Positions 50,702 to 60,432 of a DNA stretch of 64,000 nucleotides are shown piece after piece (position 1 is the stretch's first letter; each line of letters opens with the position of its first letter). The notes beneath the pieces were generated by a model that searched no databases, had not been told where the DNA came from, and was given only the letters and a program-made list of their open reading frames with translations. Origin of the DNA: an uncultured Actinomycetes bacterium (GTDB lineage: Bacteria; Actinomycetota; Thermoleophilia; Solirubrobacterales; Solirubrobacteraceae); NCBI GenBank assembly GCA_963705315.1, contig OY970068.1:70324-134323 (forward strand), in the 5' to 3' direction. The position numbers were made by a program, and so were the translations under genes.

Positions 50702-52060
50702 TCAGCGCTGGTCGATCGGCACGTACTCGCGCTGGCGCTCGCCCGTGTAGATCTGCCGCGGGCGGGAGATCTTCTGCTCGGGGTCCTCGACCATCTCACG
50801 CCATTGGGCGACCCAGCCGCTCGTGCGCCCGATCGCGAACATCACCGGGAACATCGCGACGGGCAGGCCCATCGCCTCGTAGATGAGACCCGAGTAGAAG
50901 TCGACGTTCGGATACAGCTTGCGCTCGATGAAGTAGTCGTCTTCGAGCGCGATCTGCTCGAGCTCGAGCGCGATGTCGAGCAGCGGGTTGCGGCCCGTCA
51001 CCTCAAAGACGTCCTCGGCGGCCGACTTGATGATCCGCGCGCGCGGGTCGTAGTTCTTGTAGACGCGGTGGCCGAAGCCCATGAGGCGCTGCTTGCCCGC
51101 CTTCACGCCCTTGACGAAGTCCGGGATGTTGTCGCGCGTTTTGATCTGGCGCAGCATCCGCAGCACGGCCTCGTTGGCTCCGCCGTGCAGCGGGCCGTAG
51201 AGGGCGGCGATGCCGCCGGCGACTGCCGAATACGGATCGGGCTTGGCCGAGCCGATCGAGCGCACGGCGCTCGTCGAGCAGTTCTGCTCGTGATCGGCAT
51301 GCAGGATGAACAGGACGTCGAGCGCGCGTTCGAGCCGCGGATCGGGCTCGTACTTCAGCTCGGTCATCTTGTACATCATGTTCAGGAAGTTGCCCGAGTA
51401 GTTCAGGTCGTTGTCGGGATAGACATACGGCTGGCCCTGGGCGTGGCGGTAGGCGAAGGCCGCCAGCGTCGGGATCTTCGAGATGAGCCGGATCGTCTGG
51501 ATGTGGCGGTTCTCCTCGTCGTCGATGTCGACCGCGTCGGGGTAGAACGTCGACAGCGCGCCGGTCGCGCCGAGCAGCATGCCCATCGGGTGCGCGTCGT
51601 GGCGAAAGCCGCCGAGGAACTCCTTGATGTTCTCGTGCACGAACGTGTGGATCGTGATCTGGTTGTTCCACGCATCCAGCTGCGATGCCGTCGGCAGCTC
51701 GCCGTGGACGAGGAGGTAGGCGACCTCCAGATAGGACGAGTGCGCGGCGAGCTGTTCGATCGGATAGCCGCGGTACTCGAGCACGCCCTCGGCTCCGTCA
51801 AGAAACGTGACCGAAGAGCGGCACGCCGCGGTGTTCATGAATGCCGGGTCGTACGTCATGAGGCCGAAGTCGTTCTCTGACGTACGGATCGCGCGGAAGT
51901 CCAGCGCGCGCACGGTCCCGTCGGTGATGGGGATTTCGTACGTGCGGCCGGTGCGGTTGTCGGTGACGCTGAGCGTCTCGTTGAGAGCCGCGTGGTCGGC
52001 GCCGTTGCTGTCCGGGCTGCCCTCGGTGCGGGTCTCTTCTGGCTGTGTCTGCTTGCTCAC
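50702..52060 (-). CDS. gltA: citrate synthase (type II)
   Basis: 452 aa. Motifs are LFILHADHEQNCSTS, GPLHGGANE and GFGHRVYKNYDPRA. Confidence 0.9.
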   Translation of the reverse strand: MSKQTQPEETRTEGSPDSNGADHAALNETLSVTDNRTGRTYEIPITDGTVRALDFRAIRTSENDFGLMTYDPAFMNTAACRSSVTFLDGAEGVLEYRGYPIEQLAAHSSYLEVAYLLVHGELPTASQLDAWNNQITIHTFVHENIKEFLGGFRHDAHPMGMLLGATGALSTFYPDAVDIDDEENRHIQTIRLISKIPTLAAFAYRHAQGQPYVYPDNDLNYSGNFLNMMYKMTELKYEPDPRLERALDVLFILHADHEQNCSTSAVRSIGSAKPDPYSAVAGGIAALYGPLHGGANEAVLRMLRQIKTRDNIPDFVKGVKAGKQRLMGFGHRVYKNYDPRARIIKSAAEDVFEVTGRNPLLDIALELEQIALEDDYFIERKLYPNVDFYSGLIYEAMGLPVAMFPVMFAIGRTSGWVAQWREMVEDPEQKISRPRQIYTGERQREYVPIDQR

Positions 52061-52129
52061 TACCCCCGATTATGCACCCCGCCGACTCTCACCGAGGCAA
52101 AACTGCGTTGTGAAATTTCGGGGATGGGG

Positions 52130-52480
52130 TTACTGGTCGCGCTTCCAGCCGCCGCCGAAGAAGCGTCCGAGGCGCCCGCTGCGGGTGTTGGCACGGAAGG
52201 TTCTGGCGCCCGCGGGGTCCTGCTCGGGCAGGGCGTCCACGGCGTCTGCGTCGATCGTGAGCGTCACGCGCAGCTCCGCGATCCGGGCAACCTCCGGCGC
52301 GTCGACGAAGCGCTGTCCGGCAGACGTGTCGATCACGATGCCGTCGAAGATGTGCTCGGCCTTGTTCTCCAGCACCTCGCGCACCGTTCCGACGTCGGTC
52401 CCGTCAGATGCCTGCACCGGGGTGCCGGGCTCCAGCACCTTGTAGGAGACCGCGTGACCGTCGTCGTCAGAGGGCGACAT
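52130..52480 (-). CDS. hypothetical protein, possibly PRC-barrel-like
   Basis: Internal ATG 52480. The product reads ...VLEPGTPVQASDGTDVGTVREVLENKAEHIFDGIVIDTSAGQRFV.... The family assignment is tentative. Confidence 0.45.
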   Translation of the reverse strand: MSPSDDDGHAVSYKVLEPGTPVQASDGTDVGTVREVLENKAEHIFDGIVIDTSAGQRFVDAPEVARIAELRVTLTIDADAVDALPEQDPAGARTFRANTRSGRLGRFFGGGWKRDQ

Positions 52481-52733
52481 AGATCGCCATCGACACGGCC
52501 GCGAAGAGGCCCGCCACGCTCGCCGCCATGACACCGCGGCTGGCGCCGTCGGTCGACGGGAAGTCGGGACGCATGAAGCCGTAGACGCTGATCGCGACGG
52601 CGAACAGCGCCCACGCGAGGCCCGCGACGAAGAACGGCACCTCGGACTTGTGCTCCTCGTGCTCCGCGGCGGCTCCGGCGCCGTGCTCGGCGGCGCTCTC
52701 CGCGGCGGCCAGGATGCTGAGGATGGTGCTCAT
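52467..52733 (-). CDS. small two-TM membrane protein
   Basis: 88-aa ORF with the hydrophobic segments VPFFVAGLAWALFAVAISVYGF and VMAASVAGLFAAVSMAIYVAL. Confidence 0.5.
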   Translation of the reverse strand: MSTILSILAAAESAAEHGAGAAAEHEEHKSEVPFFVAGLAWALFAVAISVYGFMRPDFPSTDGASRGVMAASVAGLFAAVSMAIYVAL

Positions 52734-52745
52734 CGCGGCGCGACC

Positions 52746-53339
52746 TTATCGCACCGGTCCGGGAGCCGGTCCCCCCTCGTAGCGGCTCTCGGTGGCGTCG
52801 ACTTGGCCGTGGTAGTGGCTGCCCAGCTCGGGGTGGCCGTAGGGGCGCAGCGCCGGCGCGTCGAGCGTCATGAACGACAACTGCGCGATCGGCTTATTCG
52901 CCCACAGCTTGATCGGCACGCGCGTGAGGTTCGTGATCTCCAGCGTGAGCGTGCCCTTCCAGCCGGGATCGACGAACCCCGCGGTGGCGTGGACGATGAG
53001 CCCGAGGCGGCCCAGCGAGCTCTTGCCCTCGATGCGCGCCACGATGTCGTCGGGGAGCTCGACCCACTCCAGCGTGCGGCCGAGGACGAACTCGCCAGGA
53101 TGGATGATGAACGGCTCTTCGTCGCCGATGACGATCTGCTCGGTGAGGTTCGTGGGCGGCTTGGCGAGGTCGATCGCCGCCGTGCGGTGGTTGTGAAAGA
53201 CGCGGAAGCTGTCGCCGAGGCGCAGGTCGACGCTCGCGGGCTGCACCATCCCCGGATCCCACGGATCGATCCTGATCCGCCCCTCGTCGACGAGGCGCAG
53301 GATCGTGCCGTCGGACAGGACGGAGGCGGGGCCGGACAT
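52746..53339 (-). CDS. dcd: dCTP deaminase (dUTPase-superfamily)
   Basis: Motifs are ILSDGTILRLVDEGRIRIDPWD, ASVDLRLG, GKSSLGRLGL and GFVDPGWKGTLTLEITN. Confidence 0.9.
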   Translation of the reverse strand: MSGPASVLSDGTILRLVDEGRIRIDPWDPGMVQPASVDLRLGDSFRVFHNHRTAAIDLAKPPTNLTEQIVIGDEEPFIIHPGEFVLGRTLEWVELPDDIVARIEGKSSLGRLGLIVHATAGFVDPGWKGTLTLEITNLTRVPIKLWANKPIAQLSFMTLDAPALRPYGHPELGSHYHGQVDATESRYEGGPAPGPVR

Positions 53340-53399
53340 CTGCGCGTAAGCCTACGGGGAGCGGCATGACCCGCGCGGCGGGGCGAATCGGGTGAGTCT

Positions 53400-53553
53400 G
53401 TCGAGTTGTGGTCGGTATGCGAACACAACTCGACATCCTCGCCTCCCAGCATCGTGAATGGCGGGTTCGCCGCTATGTGCGCGGACAATCTGCCACGACC
53501 GCCTCGCGAGCCGGGTGGCGACCCTCCCTGGTTCCCTTATCGATGCTGTTCGC
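53400..53553. repeat. 11-bp-stem hairpin followed by a degenerate copy of the ACAGCATCGATAA palindrome family (copy D)
   Basis: The hairpin gtcgagttgtg-N13-cacaactcgac spans 53400..53434. A left-terminus-like cccagcatcgtgaatgg lies near 53445, and a clean right terminus cttatcgatgctgttcgc spans 53536..53553. Confidence 0.55.
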
Positions 53554-53601
53554 TCGACCCGCCACGCGGATCGAGCCAACGGTGACGAACCGCGACCGCG
53601 C

Positions 53602-53868
53602 CTAGCGCCCGACGCGGCGAGCGCGGGCGACCACCCTGCGGGTGCGGGCGGGCGGGGGGGCCGGCGGATCGCCGTGCGGGCCGCGGCGCGGCGGGCGCGG
53701 GCGGTGGGGGCGCGGGTGGGCGCGGGTGGGCTGCTTGGTACCGCCGTCCTCGTCGACTCCGGGCGCCTCGTTCTCCGGCACCGCGTGCACCGCCCACCAG
53801 ACGATGTAGAGCAGCAACGCGATCGGGAGCTTTAGGACGACCATGATGAAGAAGAAGGTCGCGCTCAT
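53602..53868 (-). CDS. small membrane protein with a Pro/Arg-rich tail
   Basis: 88-aa ORF. The N-terminal TM is FFFIMVVLKLPIALLLYIVWWAV, and the tail is low-complexity. Confidence 0.4.
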   Translation of the reverse strand: MSATFFFIMVVLKLPIALLLYIVWWAVHAVPENEAPGVDEDGGTKQPTRAHPRPHRPRPPRRGPHGDPPAPPPARTRRVVARARRVGR

Positions 53869-53964
53869 CTGGGCGGACCTTACCCTTCACGGTCGCCGCG
53901 CGCACGTGTTTCTGCGCGCCATGTAGGTGATCCGTTGCGCGGGCCTCCCCGCAACTCACCACGG

Positions 53965-54303
53965 ATGGATCGCCAGCTTTCACGCTTGCTGGTGTCGTCC
54001 GTCGTGCTGACCGCGCTGCTCGCGGGCCCTGTGGCCCCGACGGGCGCAGCCAGCAAGACGGTCGTGCTCAAGGACATCGCATTCGCCCCGCGAGGCCTCA
54101 CGGTCTCGCGCGGGTCGAAGGTGACGTTCCGCTGGCGCGACGACATCACGCGGCACAACGTTCACAGCCGAGGCGCACCGCGCTTCAAGGGCTCTCGGTC
54201 GAAGTCGACCGGCAAGCACGTCGTGCGCTTCACGAAGGCCGGCATCTACCGCTACGAGTGCACCCTCCACCCCGGGATGACCGGGCGGATCACCGTGCGC
54301 TGA
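53965..54303 (+). CDS. cupredoxin-like (plastocyanin/azurin family) copper protein
   Basis: Internal ATG 53965 with a signal peptide. The type-1 copper ligand pattern is YECTLHPGM (C-x2-H-x2-M), with an upstream His in RHNVHS. Confidence 0.7.
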   Translation: MDRQLSRLLVSSVVLTALLAGPVAPTGAASKTVVLKDIAFAPRGLTVSRGSKVTFRWRDDITRHNVHSRGAPRFKGSRSKSTGKHVVRFTKAGIYRYECTLHPGMTGRITVR

Positions 54304-54329
54304 ACCTCCCGAGACTGGAGAAACCACCC

Positions 54330-55031
54330 GTGTCACACCTTCCCAACCTGGATGCGCTCGACATCGACGGCGCGATCCGCGACTCCGCCGAGGCCGCCGG
54401 CCTGGACCGCAGCGACTTCCTCAAGAAGGGCGTCCTTGCCGGCGGCGGCCTGATCGCCGGTGGCGCGCTGTTCGGCCCGCTCCTGGCCTCGGCCGAGGCG
54501 AAGATCTCGTCCAAGCAGTCGGTCAAGAACGACATCAAGATCCTCAACTACGCGCTCACGCTGGAGTACCTCGAGGCCGCGTTCTACAAGCAGGCGGTCA
54601 CGAACCGCGCCTATGGCACCGACCCGCAGCTGCGCCGCTTCGCCGAGATCGTCGCCCTGCACGAGGCCAAGCACGTCGGCTTCCTCCGCGGCGTCCTGGG
54701 CTCCAAGCGCATCAGCAAGCCGAAGTTCGACTTCAAGGACACGGTCACCGACCCGGCGAAGTTCGCCGCGACGGCCCAGGTCCTCGAGGACACGGGCGTC
54801 ACCGCCTACCTCGGCCAGGTCGCGAACATCAAGCAGGGCGCGGTCCTGAAGGCGGCCGGCACGATCGCGACCGTCGAGGCGCGCCACGCGGCCTGGATTC
54901 GCTTCATCAACGCCGGAGCGAACGCGACGACGCCGACGAGCAAGCTCCCGGCGCCGAACGACTTCGACAAGCGCCGGTCCGAGAAGGCCATTCTCAAGGC
55001 TGTCGGCGGCACCGGCTTCATCGTTTCGTAG
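54330..55031 (+). CDS. ferritin-like domain protein with a Tat-type signal
   Basis: GTG 54330 with GGAG about 10 nt upstream. Motifs are RSDFLKKGVLAGGGLIAGGALF (Tat-like), ILNYALTLEYLEAAFY and VEARHAAW. Confidence 0.7.
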   Translation: MSHLPNLDALDIDGAIRDSAEAAGLDRSDFLKKGVLAGGGLIAGGALFGPLLASAEAKISSKQSVKNDIKILNYALTLEYLEAAFYKQAVTNRAYGTDPQLRRFAEIVALHEAKHVGFLRGVLGSKRISKPKFDFKDTVTDPAKFAATAQVLEDTGVTAYLGQVANIKQGAVLKAAGTIATVEARHAAWIRFINAGANATTPTSKLPAPNDFDKRRSEKAILKAVGGTGFIVS

Positions 55032-55071
55032 CTCAGAACGGGGCTCCCGGTCCGCCGTCGGCGGGCCGGGG

Positions 55072-55118
55072 GTAACGTCGCCGCCGGTCGCCGGTTCCGG
55101 CGACCGGAAGGCGAAACC
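55072..55118 (+). repeat. GTRACGTCGNC-hairpin-GGCGAAAC motif, copy 4 of 5
   Basis: gtaacgtcgcc-gcc-ggtcgccgg/ttccggcgacc-ggaa-ggcgaaacc, between convergent genes. Confidence 0.6.
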
Positions 55119-55125
55119 GATCTGG

Positions 55126-56067
55126 CTACGTCAGCGCCGGTGACTTCTCGGCGTCGAACGCCGTGATGCGCTGAAGCTCCCTGACGCGCTCGACGATCTC
55201 CTCTGACGTCAGCCGGGCGACGCGCTCGGTGCCGAACTCCTCGACGTTGTAGGACGCCACCGCGGTGCCGTAGGCCATCGCGAGCCGCAACGTGTCGGCC
55301 GTCACCTCCTCGCCCGTCTGCACGGCGGCGGCGACGCAGCCGACGAAGCCACCGGCGAACGAATCGCCCGCGCCCGTCGGATCGGCGACGAACCGCACGG
55401 GAAACGCCGGCACCCAGAACGAGTCGTCGGCGGTCACGAGCGCCGCGCCGTACTTGCCGAGCTTGACGACCATCGCCGTCGGGCCGAGCTCGAGGATCTT
55501 GCGCGCGCCCTCGACGACCTCGCGCTCGCCGGTGAACAGCTCGACCTCGGAGTCGTTGAGGATCACGCAGTCGACGGTCTCGATCGCCGCGACGAGCTTC
55601 TCGCGGGCGATGTTGATCCACAGGTCCATCGAGTCGAGCGCGACGAACTTCGCTCGCTCACACTGCCGGCGGACGCCGAGTTGCAGCTCGGGCAGGATGT
55701 TCGCGAGGAACAGGACGTCGCAGTCGCGCGAGGCGTCCGACAGCTTGGGATCGAAGGTCTCGAAGACGTTGAGGTCGGTCTCGAGCGTCTCGCGCGAGTT
55801 CATGTTGTGGCCGTAGACGCCGCTCCAGAAGAACGTCTTGCCGCCCTCGACGTGCTCGATCGCGTCCGTGTTGACGCTGCGGCCGTGCAGGACGGCGTAC
55901 TCGTCCGCGCCGAAGTCATCGCCGACGGGGCCGACGACGTGCACCTCGTCGAAGAACGACGCCGCGAGCGAGAAGTGGACGGCGGCGCCGCCGAGCATGC
56001 GCTCACGACCGCCGTGCGGGGTCTGCACGGCGTCGAAGGCGATCGATCCGACGACGGTAACGCTCAT
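55126..56067 (-). CDS. PfkB-family sugar/nucleoside kinase
   Basis: 313 aa. Motifs are VVGSIAFD, GGAAVHFS and DPTGAGDSFAGGFVG (PfkB signature 2). Confidence 0.8.
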   Translation of the reverse strand: MSVTVVGSIAFDAVQTPHGGRERMLGGAAVHFSLAASFFDEVHVVGPVGDDFGADEYAVLHGRSVNTDAIEHVEGGKTFFWSGVYGHNMNSRETLETDLNVFETFDPKLSDASRDCDVLFLANILPELQLGVRRQCERAKFVALDSMDLWINIAREKLVAAIETVDCVILNDSEVELFTGEREVVEGARKILELGPTAMVVKLGKYGAALVTADDSFWVPAFPVRFVADPTGAGDSFAGGFVGCVAAAVQTGEEVTADTLRLAMAYGTAVASYNVEEFGTERVARLTSEEIVERVRELQRITAFDAEKSPALT

Positions 56068-56141
56068 GTCCCTGAACCTATCTTTTCTGTGTGGGAGTAC
56101 GCGGGGAGCCTGGCACTCCGCAGTACAGCAATATTCTCGCC

Positions 56142-57101
56142 ATGAGCATGCGCGCGATCCAGATGACCGAATACGGCGGCCCGGAGGTCTTGCGGCTCGT
56201 CGACCTCGAGGTCCCGCAGCCCGCTGACGGCGAGGTGCTCATCAAGGTAAGCAGAGCAGGCCTGAACTTCGCCGACACGCATCGCCGCGAGAACACCTAC
56301 CTGGCCAAGGACGAGCTGCCGCTCGTGCCCGGTTCGGAGGTCGCCGGAACGCGCGAGGACAACGGCCAGCGCGTCGTCGCGCTCCTCGGAGCCGGCGGCT
56401 ACGCCGAGTACGCGGTCGCGCCCGCTGCGCTGACGTTCGCAATCCCCGAGGGCGTCGACGACGAGACGGCGCTCGCGCTCATGCTTCAGGGGCTGACGGC
56501 CTGGCACCTGTACCGCACGTGCGGGAATGTCGCCCCGGGCGAGACCGTCGTCGTGCACGCCGCGGCCGGCGGCGTCGGGTCGCTCGCCGTCCAGCTCGGC
56601 CGGCCGATGGGCGCCGGGCGCGTCATCGCGACCGCCTCGACCGAGGACAAGCGCGCCCTCGCGCTCGAGCTCGGCGCGGACGTCGCGATCGACGGCTCGC
56701 CGGAGAACCTCAAGGAGCGCCTCATCGAGGCGAACCTCGGCCAGAAGGTCGACGTCGTCCTGGAGATGGTCGGCGGCAAGGTCTTCGACGAGTCGCTCGC
56801 GGCACTCGGCCCATTCGGACGGCTCGTCACGTACGGCATCGCGTCGCGGGAGAACAACACCGTGCGCAGCGGCGACCTCATGCGCAGCTCGCGCTCGGTC
56901 GTCGGCTTCTGGCTCATGCACTGCATCGGGCGCCCGGCGATGATCGACGAGGCGCTCGCCGATCTCTTCGAGCGCGTCGCCCGCGGCGAGCTACGCGTCG
57001 TGCCCGGCGCGTCGTACCCGCTGGCCGACGCCGCGCAGGCGCACACCGATCTCGCCGCCCGCCGCACGACCGGCAAGGTCACGCTGGATCCCACGACGTA
57101 G
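56142..57101 (+). CDS. qor: NADPH:quinone oxidoreductase / zinc-type alcohol dehydrogenase superfamily
   Basis: Internal ATG 56142. Motifs are MRAIQMTEYGGPEVLRLVDLEVPQP, GLNFADTH and VVVHAAAGGVGSLAVQL. Confidence 0.8.
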   Translation: MSMRAIQMTEYGGPEVLRLVDLEVPQPADGEVLIKVSRAGLNFADTHRRENTYLAKDELPLVPGSEVAGTREDNGQRVVALLGAGGYAEYAVAPAALTFAIPEGVDDETALALMLQGLTAWHLYRTCGNVAPGETVVVHAAAGGVGSLAVQLGRPMGAGRVIATASTEDKRALALELGADVAIDGSPENLKERLIEANLGQKVDVVLEMVGGKVFDESLAALGPFGRLVTYGIASRENNTVRSGDLMRSSRSVVGFWLMHCIGRPAMIDEALADLFERVARGELRVVPGASYPLADAAQAHTDLAARRTTGKVTLDPTT

Positions 57102-57122
57102 TGCTGCACGTAGGCTCGGAGC

Positions 57123-58526
57123 GTGATCAACCGGCCACCACCGCTGGCCGACGTCGCGGAGCCGCTGGGCAAGCTGCAGCGAGGTCTGGGCTCCGGGTAT
57201 CTGTGGGCGCTCGATGCCCACCGCTCGGTCGCGCACGCGCTCGTCGTGCACTGCCTGTTCAACGATCCGCGCTGGGATCAGCAGCTCGACGCGCGCGACG
57301 ACTACTACGCGACGCTCGCGCTCGACATCGGGCTCGATCTCGCCCCGCTGCAGACGTGGCTGCGCGATCACGAGGACGAGAGCGCGGAGACCGAGTCCGG
57401 GGTGCTCGGGCTGCTCGGCCGCCTGGCGATCCGCGACCACGCCGAGGCGCGGCGCATCCTGCGCGAGTACGTCGCCTACGGCCGCGCGTGGCCGCGGGCC
57501 ATCGAGTTGCTGACCGGAGACCCCGAGGCCAAGCCGGTCGGCGCGCCGTGGCCCGAGGTCGTCGCCGGCCTCGACGACGTCCTCGTCGCGCGCTTCCCCG
57601 GCGAGAGCGCGCTCGCCGAGGCGCTCTCCGACATCGACGGGCGCGATCGCCCGTGGACGCTGTGGTCGCTGGAGAACCACAAGATCGCGGGCGCGCTCGC
57701 CACCGGGCACCGCGTCCCGCTGCCGGCGCGCACGCGCCGCCGGCCGACGCGCCGCAAGCCGGCCAACCCGCGCACGCTGAGCACGGAGGCGCTGCTCGAG
57801 ATCCCCGAGGAGACGCGCTGGCGCCAGATCGCCGACGAGCTCACGCTGCGTCGCAGCCGCGACGACGTGCAGCGCATGCTCGCCGCGGCGCGCGATCCCG
57901 ACCGCGCGATGCGGCGCGCGGCGATCCTCGCGCTCGCCAACCAGGGCCGCCGCGACGTCCTGGCGATCGCCGAGGAGACGACGAGCGAGGAGCAGCGCGG
58001 CAAGCTCCAGGGCACGATCGCGCTCGCGCTCGAGGCGATGCCGGTCGCGCAGACGCGGACGCTCGCCTACGACTGGCTGCGCTCGCCGGACTGGAGCCGG
58101 CGGCGCAAGGCGGCCGGCATCCTCGCCAGCCACGCCGAGGACGAGGACCTCGGCCCGGCGCGCGACGCGCTCGCGCGCGAGCTGGACTTCGGCCTGGAGG
58201 GCGACGTCTTCGTCGTCTGCTCGCTCGCCGAGGCGCTCGGCCGCTTCCCGGCGCACGGCCCGTTCGACGAGCTGTCGCGGGCCTACGAGGAGATCCCGTA
58301 CTCCTACGGGCGGCGCTTCATCGTGTCGGCTCTCGCCGCCTCCGATCCGACGTTCGCCGGCGACCTCGCGGTCGAGTGCCTGTGGGACTGCGAGATCGAA
58401 TCGCGCGAGATCGCCGCCAGCCACGTCGACCGGCGCATCCGGCTGGCGTCCCAGCGGCTGGCTGAGCTCGTCGGCGACGAGGCGCAGGCGGCGTCGGTGC
58501 GGTCAGCGGCGGGCGGCGGGCGCTAG
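57123..58526 (+). CDS. hypothetical protein with a HEAT/ARM-like helical repeat C-terminal half
   Basis: 467-aa ORF with a natural composition and repeated helical segments (AMRRAAILALANQG..., SRRRKAAGILASH...). The stop TAG 58524..58526 lies inside the MITE terminus. Confidence 0.55.
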   Translation: MINRPPPLADVAEPLGKLQRGLGSGYLWALDAHRSVAHALVVHCLFNDPRWDQQLDARDDYYATLALDIGLDLAPLQTWLRDHEDESAETESGVLGLLGRLAIRDHAEARRILREYVAYGRAWPRAIELLTGDPEAKPVGAPWPEVVAGLDDVLVARFPGESALAEALSDIDGRDRPWTLWSLENHKIAGALATGHRVPLPARTRRRPTRRKPANPRTLSTEALLEIPEETRWRQIADELTLRRSRDDVQRMLAAARDPDRAMRRAAILALANQGRRDVLAIAEETTSEEQRGKLQGTIALALEAMPVAQTRTLAYDWLRSPDWSRRRKAAGILASHAEDEDLGPARDALARELDFGLEGDVFVVCSLAEALGRFPAHGPFDELSRAYEEIPYSYGRRFIVSALAASDPTFAGDLAVECLWDCEIESREIAASHVDRRIRLASQRLAELVGDEAQAASVRSAAGGGR

Positions 58527-58691
58527 TGGGCTTTCTCGGAACGTTCGGCCGCAAACCCCGGGACGGCGCCGGCTGGCAAGGACGCAGGCAGGGCGCAATG
58601 GCAGGGCCATTGCCCCGACCGAAGGACGCCGCCAGGGGGCGATTGGCGCCCGGGGCTTCCGGTCAGAGGTTTGGAGAAGGCCCACTGCTAG
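58523..58691. mobile_element. MITE-like element, copy 2
   Basis: c-TA-gtgggctttctcggaacg...ggtttggagaaggcccac-tgc-TA-g. It aligns along its full length with 33855..34022. Its left TAG is the stop of the upstream + strand gene. Confidence 0.75.
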
Positions 58692-58823
58692 ACGTGCGAC
58701 GCGCACGCCAGCCGCTCGGCGCGCTCGTCCTCGCCCGGGACCTCGAACGGCACGCGGGGACGCGATCCGCCAGACCGCGTCGATCGCGCGGTGCGCTTCG
58801 GCCGCCACGAGCGCCTTAGACGT

Positions 58824-58853
58824 TTGATTGCGACTCGCGGAATTCGCAATCAA
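58824..58853 (-). terminator. perfect 10-bp hairpin 4 nt downstream of the YciI-family gene stop (terminator or operator candidate)
   Basis: ttgattgcga-N10-tcgcaatcaa. The stem is unusually AT-rich for this genome. There is no U-tract. Confidence 0.35.
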
Positions 58854-58857
58854 CCAT

Positions 58858-59283
58858 CTACTCGCGGGCTTGCGCCTCGGCGCGCAGCTGCGCTTCCTTC
58901 TCGGCGAGCTCGGGGTTCAGCTCGTCGCCGAAGTCCGACGCCTCGAACACCTGGCGGATCTCGATCTCCGACTCATCATCCATCGGGTTCGGGCAGCGCT
59001 TGACCCACTCGATCGCCTCTTCCAGCGAACTGACCTCAATGAGCCAGAAGCCGGCGATGAGCTCCTTGGCCTCGGTGAACGGCCCGTCGACGACGTTGCG
59101 CTGCTTGCCCGAGAAGTGCACGCGCGCGCCCCTGGAGCTCGGGTGCAGACCCTCACCCGCGAGCAGGACGCCGGCGTTGGAGAGCGCCTCGTTGTAAGCC
59201 ATCATCTCGGTGAGCAGCTGCTCGTCGGGCATGACGCCCGCCTCGGACTCCGCGGTGGCCTTGACCAGGATCATGAAGCGCAT
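58858..59283 (-). CDS. YciI-family (DGPF domain) protein
   Basis: MRFMILVKATAESEAGVMP...DGPFTEAKELIAGFWLIEVSSLEEAIEW is a typical YciI-like pattern. Confidence 0.8.
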   Translation of the reverse strand: MRFMILVKATAESEAGVMPDEQLLTEMMAYNEALSNAGVLLAGEGLHPSSRGARVHFSGKQRNVVDGPFTEAKELIAGFWLIEVSSLEEAIEWVKRCPNPMDDESEIEIRQVFEASDFGDELNPELAEKEAQLRAEAQARE

Positions 59284-59386
59284 GATGTGCCTCCCTCTCG
59301 ATTGGTTGCCATCTACCCAGACGACGAACGAGACCGGGCGCGATCGACAAAGTCATCGCGAGAAGTGTGCGCGGTGCGCCACGCCA

Positions 59387-60337
59387 TCACTCCCGCGTCG
59401 TGATGACCGCGATGTCCGAGCGGTTGTTGCCGCTGATCGTCACCGACTGCGTGAAGTCCACGCGCACGACCCAGCCCGTCCCCGGGTCGTAGAGGACGCG
59501 GCTCGTGTCGTGCACGCCGATGCCCGCGCGCTTGGCCGCCGCGGGGACGTCCTCGGCGTCGCCGCCGAACGTCTTGGTGAGCGAGTCGGTGAGCGCGGCG
59601 CGGGAGGGCTTGACGTCGAGCTCCACGACGGCGCAGCCATTCTCGTCGCGCGCCTCGACGAGCTCGGCGGTGCCCTTCGCCTCCAGCGCCGCGCCGCCGA
59701 ACGGGTTCGGGATCACGCGCGTGATCCGCTGCGGCCTGCCCTCGGCGAGCTTCAGGCCGTAGGCGCTGTGCAGCATCGGGATCTCCTTGACGACCGACGT
59801 CTGGATGAACGCGTCCGAGAGGATGATCGGGCGAGTCCGGGCGACCGACTCGGCCTGCGTGGGATCCTCCTCGAGCAGGTCGAGCACCCGCGTGAGCTGG
59901 TCGCGAATCGCCGCCACGTTCTGCTTGCGCCGGTACTCCCCACCGGTATCGGTGCTATAGACGACCTCGAAGTCCTTTGCCGCGTCGCGCAGCCGGTTCT
60001 TGGCGTCGTCGGGCAGTTGGTCGTCGGGCAGGACGAGGTCGGTGGAGCGCCATTGCAGGCGCGCGCCGTTCTGTGCGACGCCGACGACGCGCAGGTTCGC
60101 GGTCGCCGACGACTCGCTGGCCTCCTCGCCGGTCTCCTCGCGCGACTTGGAGATGCGCACCGAGCGCGTGTCCCCGACCGACCACTTCGGCTCGATGTTC
60201 ACGCTCGTCGGCGTTCCCGGGGCGGGCGTGCACTTCGGCGGCTGCAGGGACGCCGCCGGCTTGTCGTCGTCGCCGCCGAAGCACGCGCCGAGGGTGAGCG
60301 CCATCGCGACGAGCGCTGCCGTGGAGATCGACCTCAT
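59387..60337 (-). CDS. lipoprotein, hypothetical
   Basis: Internal ATG 60337 with the lipobox MALTLGAC. I recognise no family. Confidence 0.55.
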   Translation of the reverse strand: MRSISTAALVAMALTLGACFGGDDDKPAASLQPPKCTPAPGTPTSVNIEPKWSVGDTRSVRISKSREETGEEASESSATANLRVVGVAQNGARLQWRSTDLVLPDDQLPDDAKNRLRDAAKDFEVVYSTDTGGEYRRKQNVAAIRDQLTRVLDLLEEDPTQAESVARTRPIILSDAFIQTSVVKEIPMLHSAYGLKLAEGRPQRITRVIPNPFGGAALEAKGTAELVEARDENGCAVVELDVKPSRAALTDSLTKTFGGDAEDVPAAAKRAGIGVHDTSRVLYDPGTGWVVRVDFTQSVTISGNNRSDIAVITTRE

Positions 60338-60432
60338 GATCAGCCGTCCGAAGGCCTTTTCGCCGCCGGCCCATTCGTACAGCGTCGGCATTGGCCGCGG
60401 AGTCTATGCAACGACCGCCTATCCTGAGACGC

